Shown: positions 8,090 to 16,160 of the stretch, in pieces | How the letters are laid out: the number at the start of each line of letters is the position of its first letter | Numbering within the stretch: position 1 is the first letter of the stretch | Assembly (NCBI GenBank): GCA_965222155.1 | Contig: CBDCTH010000008.1 | Location: forward strand, 1-30,550 | Origin: Gammaproteobacteria bacterium | Lineage (GTDB): Bacteria; Pseudomonadota; Gammaproteobacteria; Eutrophobiales; Eutrophobiaceae | Direction of reading: 5' to 3' | Length of the DNA: 30,550 nucleotides | The notes under the pieces: model-generated | Told to the model about the DNA's origin: nothing | Databases searched by the model: none | The model's input: only the letters and a program-made list of their open reading frames with translations | Translations under genes and position numbers: made by a program

Positions 8090-8572
8090 CTACAGGTTTT
8101 CCAGGATGTTCTCGGCTGAACTGACCTTGAACTCCATAGGCGCTTCGACATAGATCTGGGTAATCGTACTGTCTTCCACTACCAGGGCAAAACGCTGGCC
8201 CCGGGTGCCCAGGCCGAACCCGGAGGCATCCAGTTCCAGGCCCAGGGCCGCGGCATAAGTACCGTTACCATCGGCCAGCATCAATACCTTGTCACCGGCG
8301 CCGGCGCTGTTGCCCCAGGCATCCATGACAAACATGTCATTAACCGCCATGCAGGCGATGGTATCCACCCCTTTTGCCTTGATGGCGTCAGCCTGGTCAA
8401 CAAAACCAGGCAGGTGTTCTTTTGAACAGGTGGGGGTAAACGCACCGGGTACCGAAAATACGACGACTTTCTTGCCGCTGAACAACTCCTCGGTACTCAA
8501 TGAGCCTGGCCCATCTGCATTCATTATATGAAATCGCCCTGCTGGGGCTTTATCTCCGACTTGTACTGTCAC
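8090..8572 (-). CDS. Peroxiredoxin (Prx5/redoxin family)
   Basis: VPGAFTPTCSKEHLPGF, AVNDMFVM.AW, LADGN, RGQRFALVV; GTG start with AGAGG upstream. Confidence 0.93.
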   Translation of the reverse strand: MTVQVGDKAPAGRFHIMNADGPGSLSTEELFSGKKVVVFSVPGAFTPTCSKEHLPGFVDQADAIKAKGVDTIACMAVNDMFVMDAWGNSAGAGDKVLMLADGNGTYAAALGLELDASGFGLGTRGQRFALVVEDSTITQIYVEAPMEFKVSSAENILENL

Positions 8573-8683
8573 TGTAACCTCTCATTTAGGTTGTTGGCTG
8601 TAATGAGAGGAATTATATCAGGGAATCGCATACTTTTATAGCGACAGTATTTTCCAATATGAAATGAGCCTGAAGGAAGGGCT

Positions 8684-8941
8684 GCGACCCTGAAAATCCT
8701 ATTTCAGGCTGCTATACCTGGCGCTGACAACAAGGCTGCCTGCTGTACCGCACTGTCAGCAATCTTACGCTCAATGTCACGCACTACCCGACTGAGGTAC
8801 GTGCGTCACCGTCTCACCCGGCGCCGCATCCGCCGATACTGCCGGGCATGACCGTAACGGTTGGCCTGTTGCAAGGCCTGCCTGACCCCGCTGCCGATAC
8901 CCTCAATGGTAGCCTGATAGGGGGGTTTTCAAGATCGACTA
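8684..8941 (-). mobile_element. Internally deleted IS5-family element remnant
   Basis: Minus strand encodes QALQQANRYGHARQYRRMRRRVRR*RTYLSRVVRDIERKI, resembling the IS5-family RYAHAKQF..LRTYLGRVIRDI.RK segment with a stop. Imperfect TIRs GCGACCCTGAAAATCC / GGTTTTCAAGATCGAC. Confidence 0.75.
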
Positions 8942-9490
8942 AGGAAGTTTTCCTTTCAGTGTCTTTACAGGGTCTTGTCCCTGTATGGGGGTGGTCACAG
9001 CCAAGTAATAATCAGAAGCAGAGACTTTGCCTTTGTCAGTGGGTGTCTCATTGCTGGGAACCTTCTTAATCGGTATAGCCTTGTAGATGGTTTCATCTCC
9101 CTCTACCTTCTCCCAAGCAAACAGGACTTGTCCCGGGGACTGCCCGGCAACCTTGTCTTCCAGGTCCGCATCTTTGATATCCTGCCCCTCATAGAGATAA
9201 ACCCCGACATCTCCTTCTGCTAACTCTGGAAGCAGCAAGGCAAACGTCCACTTCAGTTGTGTAAGAAAATCGATCTCCTCCAGCTCATAGACTTGTTCCG
9301 CAGCTTCCAACCACATGTTGTCCCCTTCCAGGTAAAAGACTTGTCCCGGTTCCAGTGACCGGTTCGAATCAGATTGGTTTTCCGCCTGAACAGGTATTGT
9401 CCGACCCACCGAGATTATTGTCAGCCAAACCAATATCCCCGCCGCGACTCGATTTCCCCTGAGGCATCTAATCGACGTAACTCTATTCAT
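8939..9490 (-). CDS. Hypothetical secreted acidic protein, possibly C-terminally truncated by the IS5 remnant
   Basis: Signal-peptide-like N-terminus ending VQA/E; the TAG stop coincides with the IS end. Confidence 0.65.
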   Translation of the reverse strand: MNRVTSIRCLRGNRVAAGILVWLTIISVGRTIPVQAENQSDSNRSLEPGQVFYLEGDNMWLEAAEQVYELEEIDFLTQLKWTFALLLPELAEGDVGVYLYEGQDIKDADLEDKVAGQSPGQVLFAWEKVEGDETIYKAIPIKKVPSNETPTDKGKVSASDYYLAVTTPIQGQDPVKTLKGKLP

Positions 9491-9501
9491 GCTAACACAT
9501 C

Positions 9502-9918
9502 TCAACCTAGAGCACTCTTGACGATAGTGAACGCCAGAGCGGGTACCAACATTCCGATGAAGAACAGTCGTAGCGGACCACCGTGTTTAATTCCACATGC
9601 AATCTGTACTGCTACGATAACAGGTAATAATAGGACAAGAATGATCTTCACATTCACAGACACAAAGTCGAGCCGATCGACCGCTGCCTGGTCTAGATAT
9701 TGAGTCACTCCCACCAAGATGAAGATAACTATCCCCAACCAGGCATTTACAAGGCGTCCAAGCCAGTGCAGGCGCGGTGGGCCTTTACCCAGATAAACTT
9801 CCACTATGCTTTCGACAACCCCGGCAAGCAGTTTCGTAATGCTGCCGTTATCACCGGCTATAGAATCGCCTCCCTCTTTGGGGCGTTCAGTTGAGTTTCT
9901 ATCAGAATCCAGCATCAT
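9502..9918 (-). CDS. Hypothetical membrane protein (about 3 TM helices)
   Basis: 138 aa with three hydrophobic stretches; ends 11 nt before the next gene's ATG. Confidence 0.65.
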   Translation of the reverse strand: MMLDSDRNSTERPKEGGDSIAGDNGSITKLLAGVVESIVEVYLGKGPPRLHWLGRLVNAWLGIVIFILVGVTQYLDQAAVDRLDFVSVNVKIILVLLLPVIVAVQIACGIKHGGPLRLFFIGMLVPALAFTIVKSALG

Positions 9919-9956
9919 TCAAGTTCTCTAATAACGAGAAGCATAGCAGCTTTTCC

Positions 9957-10284
9957 CGTAACTTCTCAATAACCAGTATTTTCCAACAGCAGTTCCCGCT
10001 AACTCAGGGACCGAGGGCATCCTGCCCTCGTGGAGGGCGAGACGCCCTCCCTCCCAGGGAAACATGCCCCTTTATGGTCAGAGTATGCCAGAATCCGGTA
10101 ATAATCACTGTATTGACCTCGATTTAGCGGGAATGGCTGTGCATAAGGCATCTTGCGCACCCCGCGAGCTGAAGGCGCCGGGTTATTCAGAGGTGACGGC
10201 GATACCATTTACCATTCATTTCCCGGAACGAGGGCATCTTGCCCTCGTTCCCAGGAAAATGCACGAGCTTATTGAGAAGTTACG
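9957..10284. mobile_element. Probable second MITE bounded by 16-bp perfect inverted repeats and containing MITE A copy 3
   Basis: CGTAACTTCTCAATAA (9957-9972) / TTATTGAGAAGTTACG (10269-10284); a degenerate third copy at about 10303. Confidence 0.6.
9987..10139 (+). mobile_element. MITE family A, copy 3 (both TIRs, 153 bp)
   Basis: CAGCAGTTCCCGCTAAC ... TTTAGCGGGAATGGCTG; TIRs match the IS at 12121-13221. Confidence 0.85.
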
Positions 10285-10502
10285 AAACAAACAAATATTT
10301 CACGTAAACTTCTCAGTATTCGAGGTGTTCTGAAAAGGCTGTAGAAAATTGAAAAACCTAATTATTAATTCATGCAGTTACAAGTAATTCCCGGTTGACG
10401 GCAGACGTTGAAAATCAGCGGGAGCATCTGCCCTGGACAGCCGATAGAGTGACAATCATGAATACTTTATGGTTTAATCATCCAGAAATACGAGTAACTT
10501 CG

Positions 10503-11699
10503 ATGACAACCTCGGAACAACCGATTTCCGCGTGGGCCGGGCCGGCGTTTCTCTCGCTTGGCTTGCGTCCGTTCTTTCTCTCCGCCGCCGTCTGGGCGGC
10601 GCTGAGCATGGCGCTGTGGATACTGATCTTGCGTGGGCAGCTGGTGCTTCCCACCACGTTCGATCCGGTATCCTGGCATGCCCATGAGATGCTGTTCGGC
10701 TATCTCGGTGCGGTGATGGCCGGGTTTCTGCTGACTGCAGTACCAAATTGGACCGGCCGGCCGCCGATTGTCGGATGGACTCTGCTGGGTTTCTTCGCCC
10801 TGTGGCTTCTAGGCCGGGTCGTGGTCGCAGTATCGGACTTTCTGTCACCCTTGCTGGTGGCGGCAATCGATCTCTCGTGCCTCGTGGTTCTCGGCGCGGT
10901 CATGCTGCGCGAGATTATCGTTACAGGGAATTGGCGGAACCTGGGCGTCATCGCCATCCTCAGCATCTTCATTGTGGGCAATGCACTTTTTCACGAGGAG
11001 GCCGCGAGGGGGGGTCTTGCGGCGTCGGGTTTTGGCCTTCGTCTCAGCGTTGCGGCCGCAATCATGCTGATCACGCTAGTCGGCGGCCGCATTGTGCCCT
11101 CTTTCACGCGCAACTGGCTGGTGCAACGCGGCAGCGCCGACCTGCCGCCCGCATTCGGACGATTGGATGGGCTTGCCCTCGCCTTAAGCCTGCTGGCGCT
11201 GTTGTCCTGGGTCGTAGCGCCGGATTGGGCCGGTACCGGCTATCTTCTGCTGGCGGCGGGGCCGGCGCAGGCCGGGCGGCTTTTCCGGTGGCGCGGGTTG
11301 AAGACATGTGCGGAACCCTTGGTCTGGATCCTGCATGTGGGATATGCCTTCGTGCCCATCGGCATGCTGGCCATGGCCTCGGCGACGCTGTGGCCCGACG
11401 CGCTCATGGTTCCTGCTGCGCAGCACATCTGGATGGCGGGAGCCGTCGGCGTCATGACTCTTGCGGTCATGACCCGCGCAAGTCTTGGTCACACGGGCAG
11501 AGCACTGACAGCGGGCGCGGGGACGACGGCGTTGTATCTGCTGGTGCTGGCCTCGGTGCTTACGCGGCTCCTGGCCGGTATAGTGCCGGAATCGACGTTG
11601 CCGTTGCTCACCTTGTCCGCTATCTTGTGGTCCACCGGTTTTACGGGGTTCGCAGTCCTCTACGGCCCCTTACTGATCCGTTCGCGCGCGGTAAGTTGA
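10503..11699 (+). CDS. nnrS: NnrS family haem-copper membrane protein (NO stress)
   Basis: GLRPFFL, WHAHEMLFGY..AV.AGFLLTAVPNWTG, GGRIVPSFTRNWL, EPLVWILHVGY, TRASLGHTGRAL; probable start MTTSEQ at 10503. Confidence 0.93.
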   Translation: MTTSEQPISAWAGPAFLSLGLRPFFLSAAVWAALSMALWILILRGQLVLPTTFDPVSWHAHEMLFGYLGAVMAGFLLTAVPNWTGRPPIVGWTLLGFFALWLLGRVVVAVSDFLSPLLVAAIDLSCLVVLGAVMLREIIVTGNWRNLGVIAILSIFIVGNALFHEEAARGGLAASGFGLRLSVAAAIMLITLVGGRIVPSFTRNWLVQRGSADLPPAFGRLDGLALALSLLALLSWVVAPDWAGTGYLLLAAGPAQAGRLFRWRGLKTCAEPLVWILHVGYAFVPIGMLAMASATLWPDALMVPAAQHIWMAGAVGVMTLAVMTRASLGHTGRALTAGAGTTALYLLVLASVLTRLLAGIVPESTLPLLTLSAILWSTGFTGFAVLYGPLLIRSRAVS

Positions 11700-11702
11700 A
11701 AT

Positions 11703-11814
11703 ATACAGATTCTCCAGAATGTTTTCGGCTGAGCTGACTTTGAATTCCATGGGCGCTCCGCCGTGGAACTGAGTAATCGTGCCGCCTTCCACTACCAGGG
11801 CAAAACGCTGACCC
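11703..11814 (-). pseudogene. Diverged copy of the peroxiredoxin 3' end
   Basis: Aligns without gaps to 8090-8201 with 19 mismatches in 112 nt (hand count); stop TAG has become TAT. Confidence 0.9.
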
Positions 11815-11838
11815 GCAGCCCCCGTTGGAAAACGCGGG

Positions 11839-12070
11839 TTAAGGGAATTCTGTGAGAACCTGTTCCAAGGGTTTGCGCTCCGCTGCGAGAATTTCAGCCG
11901 GGAAGCCGTACCAGAACATGCCCACCACCTGTTCCCGGGCGGGATCCGCCCCGATGATGTCATGGAAATCCCGGGTCCGAGTCACCGCGCCGGTGGTCCA
12001 TTTCACCCCGATACCCTCATCCCAGAGCAGCGGCATCAGGTTCTGGACGACGCAGCAACAGGAGGCGTAG
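11839..12070 (-). pseudogene. Diverged copy of the nitroreductase 3' end
   Basis: YASCCCVVQNLMPLLWDEGIGVKWTTGAVTRT...EQVLTEFP* is colinear with 14058-14289; the 5' half is missing. Confidence 0.9.
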
Positions 12071-12120
12071 AGCAAATCTCACAAAAAAATCAGGCGTCTC
12101 GGTTGGGTTACGGCTAGCAA

Positions 12121-13221
12121 CAGCAATTCCCGCTAACGCCTGAGACGTGCTGAAATCCTTATCAATACAGGGGTTTTTGCAGGGGTTAAAAAAAGTGTTC
12201 GTAAACGTTTCATGTTGATTCAGTCTACTAGCAGGCATTAGTCAAGTCAACGGTGACCCATCCTGTCCCGTCCTTATCTGCGCAAGACCCTGAGCGCCCC
12301 CGGTTTGTTACGTGAGGTGCGTCGTTGTTTTCAAGCTAGCAACGATGACACGGTCGGTCGGGGTTTGACCCTGGCGGATTACCTGCTGTCGGGGTTGGCC
12401 GTGTTCGGCTTGACGTATCCATCGTTGTTGCAATTTGACCGGGGTCCGGGGGACGAGTTGGTGCGGTCGAATCTGCGGTCGTTATACGGGATAGGGCGGG
12501 GCCCAGAGCCTGCCCCTGTATGGCGTTGAGCAGGGGGACACGGCCTTGCGGGCACGCGTGGACGCGCTGGCCCCCGCGGGGTGACGGCGTGCCTGCCGGC
12601 GGGTGTTTCATGTGCTACAACGGGGCAAGCTGCTGGAAGACGTTCTCTGGTGGGGCGGTCATGACCTGCTGTCGGTGGACGGGACCGGGTAGTTTCAGTC
12701 GGACACGGTGCATTGCGAGCAGTGTTGTGAGACACATCACCGGGACGGGCGGGTGAGTTGGTATCATCAGTTAATACCCTGAAGCACCCAGGCGACCACG
12801 TTGAGCATACCCTCCAACACGGCTATCAGCACCTGTCCACGGTGCTGGCGTGTCTGATTGACCCGGTGCAGCAGCACTGCTGCGGGCTGTTTCAACAGGG
12901 GGTGGCGAAGCGGGGCTGCAAGCGTGACGTCCGGGAGACACTGCGTAGCGTCTTCTGCACCTGGCTGGTGCCGGACTGGGAGACGCTGTATCGGGCCCTG
13001 GCCTACGGTGTATCGCCTACGGTGGTGGCGCCGTATGATACCGCTTGAGGACGGGCCGGGGTCGAGTAGTTCGAGGTGGGGAACGTCAGGGGAAGCCAAG
13101 CCACATCAACATAACCGGGGATAGCCGGCGGGTCGCGTATCCCCTGAGGGTCGGGTCACGGTGAAAAAAACGAACCTGACCCGACAATATAACCAGCTGA
13201 TAAAGTTAGCGGGAGCACCTG
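12121..13221 (+). mobile_element. Decayed, internally deleted IS (DDE transposase pseudogene, ISNCY-like) with TIRs and 9-bp TSD
   Basis: TIRs CAGCAATTCCCGCTAAC / GTTAGCGGGAGCACCTG; exact TSD GGCTAGCAA (12112-12120, 13222-13230); frameshifted fragments LSGLAVFGLTYPSLLQFD...NLRSLYGI and NTLKHPGDHVEH..HGYQHLSTV..LIDPVQQHCCGLFQ. The family name is from recall. Confidence 0.85.
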
Positions 13222-13280
13222 GGCTAGCAAGCAGGTCCTTGCTCGTCATACACTAGTACCCTAATTGATTTGGACTCAAG

Positions 13281-13550
13281 TTACTCCACTTGCCAGTCAA
13301 CAATTTGTTCATACAACTTTGCATTCATTTCTTCTCGCGTAGTCAACGTTCGCGTCTCACCAACCGGAAACTCAGTGGAAAAGTGTACAGCTTCTATCTC
13401 AAAGCCCTCAGCGTCCACACCTTGCAAGGTAAAATAAACATCTTCATCATCCGAGTTGTTCTTAACAGTGATTTTGATTGCAAAGATCACATCCCCGTAT
13501 TCATCGGTAGTGATAACTTTAGTAGTGATGCCATTAACTTTGTATTTCAT
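13281..13550 (-). CDS. Small hypothetical beta-rich protein (89 aa)
   Basis: AGGAG RBS, AT-rich; alternating pattern (IKITVKNNS, FTLQGVDAEGFEI) suggests an Ig-like sandwich. Confidence 0.7.
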   Translation of the reverse strand: MKYKVNGITTKVITTDEYGDVIFAIKITVKNNSDDEDVYFTLQGVDAEGFEIEAVHFSTEFPVGETRTLTTREEMNAKLYEQIVDWQVE

Positions 13551-14057
13551 TGGATACTCCTATTAAGTTGTTATGAAACATCAACCATTGTTCTAGCGGC
13601 CGCTATCATACCACGTGGAGCATTCAGATTTACCAGAGAGCCCAGCATTAGAGCTCATCAAGACATGAAGTATAAGGGGACGCCCATTAGCCAGTCTCTG
13701 TCAAGCGGGCACAACCCGGTTCTCCTGAGCCATCAGGCTTCTGATTAAATTAAACACCGGATACACGCCTGTTGTTTCATTAGTGTGTTATCGTATTGTA
13801 ACAATACGCAACAAACACCCATCAGTCTCCTCATTGTGGATGGTTTGTACACCCAACAGCCTAACCTGCTTCTGCAGGTTAGGGAGACTGGCTATATGAG
13901 TATCAGATTTGAAATCCGTCCCCGGCGTCCCTGGAATGGATTTGGATACTCGAAGAGTGCCCGAAGGGGGCGCTGCAAGGATGGAGCGTATCAAAAAGAC
14001 AAGCAAGGGCGCATTGCCTGGTAATGGAAATCCGGGCTGGCCTGCCCGGCATGCTGC

Positions 14058-14606
14058 TCAGGGAATTTCCGTAAGAACCCGCTCCAGGGACTTGCGCTCC
14101 GCCCCCGGGATGTCAGCCGGGAATCCGTACCAGAACAGACCCACCACTTCTTCCTGTTCGCGATCCACCCCGATGATGTCATGGAAAGCACCTGTCCGGG
14201 TCACCGCGCCGGTAGTCCATTTCACGCCGATTCCACCATCCCACAGGATCAGCATCAGGTTCTGGGCCACGCAACAGCAGGAGGCGTAATCTTCCCGCAT
14301 GGTGACCTCATCATCCGATTTCCGGCAGGTCAGGACCAGCCAGCCGGGTACCTCCCGCCAGCGTTTGAACTTGATCTCTGCCGCTCTTTCACCCTGTTTC
14401 TCATGAACAAGTTCCGCGTTCAGCAAACATATCTGATGCTTGCTTTTTTCACCCAGCAGATAGAACATCCAGGGTTGCGTCAGGTAGTGGTTTGGCGCCC
14501 AGATAGCCTGTTCCATGGCTGCCCGAATCGTAGCGTCATCGGGAACTGGTTCTGGCTTGAACCGGTGGATGGTACGCCGGTTCATGATGAGGTCTTTTAT
14601 TTCCAT
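14058..14606 (-). CDS. Nitroreductase family protein (YdjA-like)
   Basis: RRTIHRF, WAPNHYLTQPW.F, EDYAS...QNLML.LW..GIGVKWTTG. Confidence 0.9.
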   Translation of the reverse strand: MEIKDLIMNRRTIHRFKPEPVPDDATIRAAMEQAIWAPNHYLTQPWMFYLLGEKSKHQICLLNAELVHEKQGERAAEIKFKRWREVPGWLVLTCRKSDDEVTMREDYASCCCVAQNLMLILWDGGIGVKWTTGAVTRTGAFHDIIGVDREQEEVVGLFWYGFPADIPGAERKSLERVLTEIP

Positions 14607-14624
14607 TTACAGGTAACAAACAAG

Positions 14625-15794
14625 TTAAGACATGAAAAATTGTAACAGGTCGTTCAGGTAGCGCGACCCTTTTTCGGTTGCCTTGAGCAACCCCTGTTCA
14701 TCTTCCAGCAGTCCTTCGTTTCTGGTGGCGTCGACCTGTGCGCGGATGGCATCCGCTGGTAGCCCGGTCCTTTCACAGAAAGAATTCCGCGCTACGCCAT
14801 CCTTCAGGCGCAGTGCATTCAGCATGAATTCCAGGATGCAATCTGCTTCCGTCAACGTTTTATGTTCGGCAATAACCGAATCGGACCCGGCGCTACGGAT
14901 ATAACTCTCCGGCATGCGTAATCGTGACTGTCTGGTTATCGACGTTCGTAAAGATGGATCACCGGTCTCATTCCGGGTGGTGACCTTGCCGTGGGCGCCG
15001 GCACCGATACCGATATAATCGCCGAATTCCCAGTAATTCAGGTTGTGACGGCATTCACTGCCTTCCCTGGACCAGGCGGAGATCTCGTATTGACGGTAGC
15101 GGTGCCGGGTCAGGTAGTCCACGCCGCAACCTTGCATCTTCCAGATTAAATCGTCTTCAGGCAACGGCGGCGGTTTTACATGGAATACGGTATTGGGTTC
15201 GATAGTGAGTTGATACCAGGAGATATGCGCGGGTTCAAGACTGACTGCCCGGTCGAGGTCGGATAAGGCGTCTTCCGTAGTCTGTCCCGGCAGTCCATAC
15301 ATCAGGTCGATATTGATATTGGAAAACCCGGCGTCAACGGCGATTTCAAATGCAGATACCGCAGCATTACCGTCGTGAATCCGCCCGATAGCCGCGAGGC
15401 TGCCGTCATTGAAGCTTTGCGCGCCGATGGAAAGCCGGTTCACGCCCAGGCTTCGGTAACCTGCAAAGCGTCGGCTGTCGGCCGTGCCGGGGTTTGCTTC
15501 CAGGGTAATTTCAGTCGCGGCAGAAAGCGTTGAAACGGTATTGACGGCCTCCAGTATCGAGCCGATACCCTCTACCGACATGACGCTTGGCGTACCGCCG
15601 CCAATGAAAACAGAGGCAAGTTCCCTGCCTTGGAATAACCCGGCGCTGAATTTCAGGTCACGAACCACGGCGTCAACGTAGCCCTGCTCCGGGAAGAAAC
15701 CGTCTTTTATTTCATGGGAATTAAAATCACAGTAGGGACATTTTCTGATACACCAGGGAAGGTGAATGTACAGCGATAAAGGCAAGTCAATCAA
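14625..15794 (-). CDS. hemW: Radical SAM haem chaperone HemW
   Basis: LYIHLPWCIRKCPYCDFNSH, GGGTPS, EANP, NIDLMYGLP, YEISAW, HNLNYW..GDYIGIGAGAHG. TTG start at 15794 inferred because upstream sequence is repeat-derived. Confidence 0.93.
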   Translation of the reverse strand: MIDLPLSLYIHLPWCIRKCPYCDFNSHEIKDGFFPEQGYVDAVVRDLKFSAGLFQGRELASVFIGGGTPSVMSVEGIGSILEAVNTVSTLSAATEITLEANPGTADSRRFAGYRSLGVNRLSIGAQSFNDGSLAAIGRIHDGNAAVSAFEIAVDAGFSNINIDLMYGLPGQTTEDALSDLDRAVSLEPAHISWYQLTIEPNTVFHVKPPPLPEDDLIWKMQGCGVDYLTRHRYRQYEISAWSREGSECRHNLNYWEFGDYIGIGAGAHGKVTTRNETGDPSLRTSITRQSRLRMPESYIRSAGSDSVIAEHKTLTEADCILEFMLNALRLKDGVARNSFCERTGLPADAIRAQVDATRNEGLLEDEQGLLKATEKGSRYLNDLLQFFMS

Positions 15795-15859
15795 GGAATT
15801 TACCCGCAGATTAGCGCCAGTCGAAAAACCATCCCCGTTATAAAGGACAATGCACTGCC

Positions 15860-15884
15860 GGGTTCCGGCGTGCGCCGGAATCAC
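15860..15884. repeat. CGTC-type REP-like half (family D)
   Basis: GGGTTCCGGCGTGCGCCGGAATCAC resembles 27521-27540. Confidence 0.6.
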
Positions 15885-15911
15885 TCGTCTTCCGGGTTCT
15901 CTGTGGCGTTA

Positions 15912-16136
15912 CAGGCGCTCCCGCCAAATGGAGGTCAATACAGTGATTCTTGCCGGATTCGGGCATACTCTGACCATAAAGGGGCATGTTTCCCTGACAC
16001 AGGGGGGACAGATTTAAATCTGTCCCCCAGGAGATGTTCCCAGGAGATAAGGGGTCATGTTTCCCTGGGAGGGAGGGCGTCTCACCCTCCACGGGGACAG
16101 GATGCCCTCGATCCCGGGCGTTAGCGGGAACTGCTG
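15912..16136 (-). mobile_element. MITE family A, copy 4 (both TIRs, 225 bp, inverted)
   Basis: CAGGCGCTCCCGCCAAAT ... GTTAGCGGGAACTGCTG; equals copy 3 plus a family-B palindrome module between duplicated GGGG(T)CATGTTTCCCTG. Confidence 0.85.
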
Positions 16137-16160
16137 GTGGCCTTACAAAAGACTTGCTTT

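Noticed and set aside
10748-11737. 329-aa alternative-frame ORF
   Set aside because: Overlaps nnrS in GC-rich DNA; Arg/Gly/Ala-rich, no motifs.
13859-13884. attC-like GCCTAAC...GTTAGGG
   Set aside because: Only 26 bp, far shorter than attC sites; no L boxes, no cassette array and no integrase.
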